A stretch of DNA of 11,751 nucleotides from Candidatus Heimdallarchaeota archaeon (GTDB taxonomy: Archaea; Asgardarchaeota; Heimdallarchaeia; Heimdallarchaeales; Heimdallarchaeaceae). Shown in pieces: positions 6,600-11,751 of the stretch (position 1 is the first letter of the stretch; each line of letters starts with the position of its first letter). The notes below the pieces were generated by a model. It saw only the letters and a program-made list of their open reading frames with translations. It was not told where the DNA came from and did no database searches. Where the stretch lies: assembly GCA_021399345.1 (NCBI GenBank), contig JAAFKI010000165.1, positions 1 through 11,751 of the forward strand, in the 5' to 3' direction. The position numbers and the translations under genes are program-made.

Positions 6600-7922
6600 A
6601 TGCAAGTTTTTTTCGACAAAACAATAGAAAGAGAATTTGAAAAAATATATACTAAATTCAAATCAATCGAAATGTTAACAGATGAAGCTTATCAAAAGGA
6701 TTTAGATTATCTTTCCAAACTTATTACCGTTTTTGACCCTTGTCCATCAATATGCACCAAAGATGATTTTAATTCTGCTGCTGTAGATGGGTCAGGAGCT
6801 GAAAGTATTGTTTCTCTGAACGATATTTCCATACATTTATTGACAGCTTCCTTTGCAGCTGATAAAACTAATTTCTCAATGGGAACAACAAGCAGAATAG
6901 ATCAAGCTCCTCCTGTTTGTACAAATCCAGAAGGTATTACAAGGTTAATATTACTACGAGAAGATAAGAAGGATGAGGTTTGGGAAGATTTTGAAGACTT
7001 TATCATATATAATTATGGTGAAAAACTCATCGATGTTATTTTCAGGGTAATAAAAGATATCGTAGCAACAGCTTACAAAATGAGTAAACCTAATGATCCT
7101 CTTCCTAAATTAGATACTGAAGCTGACATCAAAATAGCTGCAATTAAAATTGGACTAAATCTCTCCAAAGAAAATTTTGATAAATATTCATCCTGGATGG
7201 TTTCTCCTCGTGCTAATGCTCCAAGGGGTTGGTTTGAGCAATATCGTGAGGTTCTAGAATATTCAATGTCTCATTCTCTTTTACAGTCTGACGTTCATTT
7301 CAAGTATCTGTTTATAGATGGTTCAATGAACATGTTGATGTCTCCAGGACAGAATCAGCCACGTTTAGCTTCAAATTATCTCCTGAGAGATATAAATCTA
7401 AAAGCTCTCCAGAAAAAAACTTGCGTTGTAGCAGTTAGTAAAACAACAACTTTTCCTTTTATCTATAGACTAGCTCAAGACATAGAAAAAGAACTAGGAG
7501 CAGAAAAAAAATGGTTCCTAAAAATACCTACTAAAAAAAGAGATGGTCATATATTGAATATTCTCAAGGATCGACCACATATTCCTCCAGCTTATGGAGT
7601 AACTTATCTGTTTCATTTCTCTTCAGAAATACCTGTATTGAGAATTGATTTTGATGAGAAATGGTGGTATGAAAATATTCATTCAACAGATAAGAAAATA
7701 GAAAAGACAAAAGAGATTGCTCTCTTTCAGGATATAGATTGGTTAGCAAGAGATGTTAGGTATTTTGGATACTTCTTTGATCTGGCTTTTGCACACAACT
7801 CTACCATAGTTCGTTTTGCTGATAGAGATGAAGTAGCTGACCGATTGATTAATTATTTTGCATCAAAGGGTGAGAACCCCAAAATGTTTATACATCCAAG
7901 AAGAAGATTAGGATTAATGTGA
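6600..7922 (+). CDS. nurA: NurA family DNA double-strand break repair nuclease
   Basis: AAVDGS, REVLE, LFIDGS, VAVSKTT and GYFFDLAFAH (GYPxxLxxAH-like) motifs; directly upstream of herA. ATG 6600 follows GAGGAG at 6587-6592 (ORF track start is the TTG at 6585). Confidence 0.88.
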   Translation: MQVFFDKTIEREFEKIYTKFKSIEMLTDEAYQKDLDYLSKLITVFDPCPSICTKDDFNSAAVDGSGAESIVSLNDISIHLLTASFAADKTNFSMGTTSRIDQAPPVCTNPEGITRLILLREDKKDEVWEDFEDFIIYNYGEKLIDVIFRVIKDIVATAYKMSKPNDPLPKLDTEADIKIAAIKIGLNLSKENFDKYSSWMVSPRANAPRGWFEQYREVLEYSMSHSLLQSDVHFKYLFIDGSMNMLMSPGQNQPRLASNYLLRDINLKALQKKTCVVAVSKTTTFPFIYRLAQDIEKELGAEKKWFLKIPTKKRDGHILNILKDRPHIPPAYGVTYLFHFSSEIPVLRIDFDEKWWYENIHSTDKKIEKTKEIALFQDIDWLARDVRYFGYFFDLAFAHNSTIVRFADRDEVADRLINYFASKGENPKMFIHPRRRLGLM

Positions 7923-7930
7923 TAAGAGAA

Positions 7931-7935
7931 GGTGA
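7931..7935 (+). promoter_or_regulatory. Shine-Dalgarno GGTGA for herA
   Basis: AAGGTGAT just upstream of GTG 7941; the same motif lies upstream of mre11 (9758-9762), and GAGGTG lies upstream of rad50 (11036-11041). Confidence 0.7.
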
Positions 7936-7940
7936 TATGA

Positions 7941-9755
7941 GTGGAATTAGATTTACCAGAGAGAATTGGAATTCTTGCCGAAGGAGATATTTCAACACTT
8001 AAAGTAGTATGTGCTGATATTAGATTTCAGATTGGAGAAATACTAATTATCAAACCAGTTAAAGGATATCAAGTATTTTTGTTTAGGGTAATGAATTATG
8101 AGAACATAATACGTAAAGGCCCAGATATGACAGATATTGCAGGAAATTTCTTGAACAATAGAGATGCGTATATCGCCCGAATTGAATCTGACAAGTTCGT
8201 CAAAGTTCAAGGATTATTGATGGGGTATAGTGAATACAATGTTGATCAAAAGAAATGGGAATTTAAGAAACCTAGGATTCTCCCACCTCATTTCTCTGAT
8301 GTTTATAGAGGAGCTGAGTGCTCAGAAGCCTTATCACTGTTATTACAAGATGAGATAGGAAAGGATATTGAAATTGGACGTTTATTAATTGGAACATCTT
8401 CAATGGATATACCAATCAAAATAGATTTAGATTCTCTTCCTATGCATGTGCAAGTTGCTGGAACTACAGGTGCTGGTAAATCTTTCTTTATGTTGACTTT
8501 TATCACCTCTGCTCTGAAGAGTAACTTAACAAAATGGGCTAAAAATGAAGATATAAAAAATAAAGTTTCTGTCTTTATGGTAGATGTTCATGATGAATAT
8601 ATGCGAGGATTACCTTTTCAGAATAAACAATATGGTATTATGGATATAGCTGATGCAACTTTGAAAGGAGGAGATGATGATCAATTTGACGCAATTTTTG
8701 CTGATAAATTCTACCTCACAAGGGAGCTAGAAGCTATTCCTACAGAGATGCAAAAAATCGCTAAACCTATAAGATTCAGACGTGAGGATCTCTTTGTTAG
8801 TGATATCACTTCCGTTATGTATGTATCTGATCAAATGGTTGGTTTCATGAACAGAGCTAGAGGTACTGAAGCAGACTGGATCACAAAAATAGAGAAAATG
8901 GATGAAGCTGAAGATTTGGGTTTTGCTAAAGGTACAAAAAACGCAGTTCAACGAAGATTATATCCAATCATTAAATCGCCTATTTTCACAGAAGATGAAT
9001 TCAGTGATTTAGCTGAAATAATATATAATCTGGAGCAGGGACACTTCTATAATTTTAGTACTGCTTTGCTCTCTTCAAGTGAGCAATTTGTTGTAATTAC
9101 TATGATTGCAAGGACACTCTTCTCAGTTCGCCAATCTTTAATGTCCTCAACTAAATGGAGTCAATTCAAAGAACAAGTTTATTCAAAATTACCTAGAAAA
9201 ATTGCTAGTGAGCTTTTGGGTGAATCACCCAACTCAAAATATTCAATAAAGGATCTTTACGTAGAAGGAAAGAAAGGCAATGATTTTGTGATGAAAAATA
9301 TCAAGGATTTGCCAATAGTGATGATAACAGTTGAAGAAGCTCCAAGTATTCTAGGCTCTCAAATGTCAAAAGAAGGGAATATATTCATTGATATCTCTAG
9401 ACAAGGTAGGAAGTTCAGAATTGGTTTATTATTGATAACACAGAATATTTCTTCAATGGAACCCATAATACTAGCTAACACAAACACTGAATTGAATATG
9501 ATGCTTGGAAATGAGATCGAAATCAAGCAAGCAATAGTAAATGCGAGTAATAATATAGCTGGGTATGAGAACGAATTCAAGGTTTTAAGCAGAGGAGAAG
9601 CAATTCTAACTAATTCTCTGAAAAATATTCCACTGCCAGTAAAAGTAAGCAATGTACCACTGTATATTGAAAAAGAACTCCCCTTCTTCACAAAACCATT
9701 TGAGACACTCAAAATTAAGAAGACTAGAACAAAAGCTACAGAAGTTCCACTTTAA
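7941..9755 (+). CDS. herA: HerA/FtsK-superfamily ATPase (bipolar DNA helicase HerA)
   Basis: N-terminal HAS-barrel-like region, Walker A GTTGAGKS (8460-8483), DVHDEY, Walker B ITVEEAP, arginine finger RQGRKF, LLLITQ, ILANTNT, LSRGEAI; located between nurA and mre11. Confidence 0.92.
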   Translation: MELDLPERIGILAEGDISTLKVVCADIRFQIGEILIIKPVKGYQVFLFRVMNYENIIRKGPDMTDIAGNFLNNRDAYIARIESDKFVKVQGLLMGYSEYNVDQKKWEFKKPRILPPHFSDVYRGAECSEALSLLLQDEIGKDIEIGRLLIGTSSMDIPIKIDLDSLPMHVQVAGTTGAGKSFFMLTFITSALKSNLTKWAKNEDIKNKVSVFMVDVHDEYMRGLPFQNKQYGIMDIADATLKGGDDDQFDAIFADKFYLTRELEAIPTEMQKIAKPIRFRREDLFVSDITSVMYVSDQMVGFMNRARGTEADWITKIEKMDEAEDLGFAKGTKNAVQRRLYPIIKSPIFTEDEFSDLAEIIYNLEQGHFYNFSTALLSSSEQFVVITMIARTLFSVRQSLMSSTKWSQFKEQVYSKLPRKIASELLGESPNSKYSIKDLYVEGKKGNDFVMKNIKDLPIVMITVEEAPSILGSQMSKEGNIFIDISRQGRKFRIGLLLITQNISSMEPIILANTNTELNMMLGNEIEIKQAIVNASNNIAGYENEFKVLSRGEAILTNSLKNIPLPVKVSNVPLYIEKELPFFTKPFETLKIKKTRTKATEVPL

Positions 9756-9766
9756 AAGGTGAAAAT

Positions 9767-11047
9767 ATGGTAAAGATTCTACATATATCAGATTCACATG
9801 TATCACATCGTAAATTTAGAAACGTCAAAGATTCATGGAAAATACACAATAGAGTTACTTGGATAGAAGAAGACTATTGCTTAGGGTTTAAACAAACATT
9901 AGGTATAGCAGCTGATGTGAAATGTGATTATCTAGTTCATTCAGGTGATTTCTTTGATATTCCAGTAGGAAGAAATTTTTCTGGACCTTCGGAATATTCT
10001 AGAACATTCACAATAACAGCATTGAAAGAATTTTTCGAGAAAACTGAGTTCAAAATCCCCCTCATAATTATAGACGGAAATCATGGTACTTATCTAACCA
10101 GGAATTATTCAACAATTGAGTTCCTCCAAGCAGCTTTTCCGAATAACATTCATATTTTTACTAACTATCAATTGAAAGATGCAATAAGGAAAAACACACC
10201 TCTAACTCTAGAATTTGATGATGTAAAATTCTTTTTGTTTCCATATCTTAAATTTGGAAGATTAGAAAACTGGGCTCAAGAATATGAGAAATGGTTACAA
10301 AGCAATCAACAACCAGACCCTGAGAAAATATCTATAGCTGTAGCACATGGGATGGAAAGAGGTATGGATTTACATGAACTTGTCCTGAATTACAAGTATG
10401 ATTATGTAGCTCTAGGTCACGATCATCAACAAAGAAAAATCAAGAAGAATGCTTGGCAATGTGGAAGCAGTGCAAGGTATACTTTTGCTGAAAGAAACCA
10501 AGTAAAGGGAGTATTGGAAGTAGATGTTGAAAAAGGAAGGGATTCAATTGTGAAAACAATCAAAATTGAGTCAGTACGCTCTATGAAACAAATTGACTAT
10601 ACTCTTAATACTGATTTAACGACAGTAGGGTTTGAAAAAGAAATAAGAGATAAAATAGCAGAGTTTAAGAATAAATTTGATGGGGATAAAGCTGTTAGGC
10701 TTAAAATAAAATTTGATGGAGCTGTGTTATTATCTAATTGGTGGGGAATGGAGGATATCCTGAATGAGATTCAGAAGGAAGTATTTACTGATAAATATAA
10801 CATACTTGAATTTAGGTGGGATACTGGCGAAGTAATTAAAAGAGCCCCTGTAAGTCTTCAGAAGGGAGCTAAACTTCACGATTACCTAATTGAAGATCCC
10901 GTTGTTGATTTTGAGAAATATATTCGTTCTTTAAGCTTAGAGAACGAAAAACAAGCAAAACAGTTAATTGAAATTGGCGCAAAAATCATTGAAGAAGTAT
11001 TTACATCAACGATGACTAGTTCAACCGAGGAGGAAGAGGTGGAATAG
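9767..11047 (+). CDS. mre11: Mre11/SbcD family DNA repair nuclease
   Basis: Calcineurin-like phosphoesterase motifs HISDSH, HSGDFFD, DGNHG, AVAHG, ALGHDH; GSS..YTFAE and KG motifs; capping domain and C-terminal helical region; followed by rad50. Confidence 0.93.
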   Translation: MVKILHISDSHVSHRKFRNVKDSWKIHNRVTWIEEDYCLGFKQTLGIAADVKCDYLVHSGDFFDIPVGRNFSGPSEYSRTFTITALKEFFEKTEFKIPLIIIDGNHGTYLTRNYSTIEFLQAAFPNNIHIFTNYQLKDAIRKNTPLTLEFDDVKFFLFPYLKFGRLENWAQEYEKWLQSNQQPDPEKISIAVAHGMERGMDLHELVLNYKYDYVALGHDHQQRKIKKNAWQCGSSARYTFAERNQVKGVLEVDVEKGRDSIVKTIKIESVRSMKQIDYTLNTDLTTVGFEKEIRDKIAEFKNKFDGDKAVRLKIKFDGAVLLSNWWGMEDILNEIQKEVFTDKYNILEFRWDTGEVIKRAPVSLQKGAKLHDYLIEDPVVDFEKYIRSLSLENEKQAKQLIEIGAKIIEEVFTSTMTSSTEEEEVE

Positions 11048-11751
11048 ATGAGAATTCTGTGGCTTAGTATTGAAAATTTCAAGTGTTACAGTAATATTCG
11101 TGTCCCCACTCAAGGGATTCTACCTGAAGGTCTTCTCTTTGTTGAAGGTGAAAATTCCACTGGTAAATCTAGCTTGTTCGATGCAATATTCTATGCTTTT
11201 TTCTATGACCCAACTACTACAAAAGAACTTGGGACAAAGGATGATTTAATAAGAAGAGGGTATTCAAAAACAAATGTTGAAGTAGCATTTGAATTAGATG
11301 ATAAGTGCTACATAATTCGTCGTACACATGATAAGAAAACAGCTGTTCAAGCTTTTCTTATGAAGATTAATACAAAGGATGCTATGATTGGTAAAACTAC
11401 TGATCAAAAACCAATTTGTAATGGAGTACCTGATGTAGAGAAGAAACTCACAGAACTTCTAAATATTAACAAAGAAAAGGCTTTGAATACAATCATAGTG
11501 AGACAAGGATCTGTTCAAGCTTTAGCAGAAGCTAAAGGAGCTGAATTAAGAAACATCATCTATGAACTCTTCCAATTGGATTATTATAGAGATAAGGCTT
11601 TGAGTCTTGTAAAAGATAAGAAAAATAATTTTGAAAACCAGAAGCTTAAACATATCATTCAGAGAACAACAGAAGATATTTTGCAGGAGATTGAAGAGAA
11701 AAAGGAAAATATAGAAAAAGCTAAAGAAGATATACTTGGTTTTGATGAAAA
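11048..11751 (+). CDS. rad50: Rad50/SbcC SMC-family ATPase, 5' part (truncated by the window end)
   Basis: Manually translated open frame: MRILWLSIENFKCY...VEGENSTGKSSLFDAIFYAFF (Walker A 11147-11170)...DDLIRRG...VEVAFE...YIIRR...IIVRQG (Q-loop)...start of coiled coil. No stop before 11751. Not in the ORF track. Confidence 0.93.
   Translation, partial: MRILWLSIENFKCYSNIRVPTQGILPEGLLFVEGENSTGKSSLFDAIFYAFFYDPTTTKELGTKDDLIRRGYSKTNVEVAFELDDKCYIIRRTHDKKTAVQAFLMKINTKDAMIGKTTDQKPICNGVPDVEKKLTELLNINKEKALNTIIVRQGSVQALAEAKGAELRNIIYELFQLDYYRDKALSLVKDKKNNFENQKLKHIIQRTTEDILQEIEEKKENIEKAKEDILGFDE

Noticed and set aside
6228-6624. ORFs 6228-6461 (+) and 6424-6624 (-)
   Set aside because: They overlap the VIT1-like gene, the divergent promoter region and the nurA start; no recognisable protein features.
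7920-7943. nurA and herA are in the same frame, raising possible TGA (selenocysteine) read-through or fusion
   Set aside because: Three in-frame stops intervene (TGA TAA ... TGA), and herA has its own GGTGA SD.
7564-11082. Minus-strand ORFs inside nurA, herA and mre11 (7564-7749, 8303-8506, 8727-8951, 9359-9712, 9606-9806, 10882-11082)
   Set aside because: All are antisense to well-supported genes with shadow-frame composition; no independent evidence.
1-11751. Mobile element, prophage, tRNA or rRNA
   Set aside because: No transposase or integrase, terminal inverted repeats, or GC-rich structured RNA-like segment seen; intergenic gaps are short and AT-rich.

Overview
AT-rich, gene-dense window that reads as archaeal: GGTGA/GAGGAG Shine-Dalgarno motifs, TATA-box-like promoters, oligo-T terminators, a geranylgeranyl-reductase-like gene and a NurA-HerA-Mre11-Rad50 operon. 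An Asgard/Heimdallarchaeia-like source is my impression only and cannot be shown from this window. The left half holds small accessory genes: a membrane-anchored metallo-beta-lactamase-fold hydrolase, a DUF433/DUF5615 (PIN) toxin-antitoxin pair, two divergent flavodoxin-fold genes, an orphan secreted beta-rich protein, an orphan acidic protein, a divergent GGR-family flavoenzyme and a VIT1/CCC1-family membrane protein. The right half is a tightly coupled nurA-herA-mre11-rad50 operon; rad50 is absent from the ORF track because it runs off the window end. All four proteins have non-canonical motifs or insertions, the gene order is permuted relative to the Sulfolobales operon, and mre11 and rad50 are in frame and separated only by one TAG. 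I saw no rRNA, tRNA, CRISPR array or transposase.
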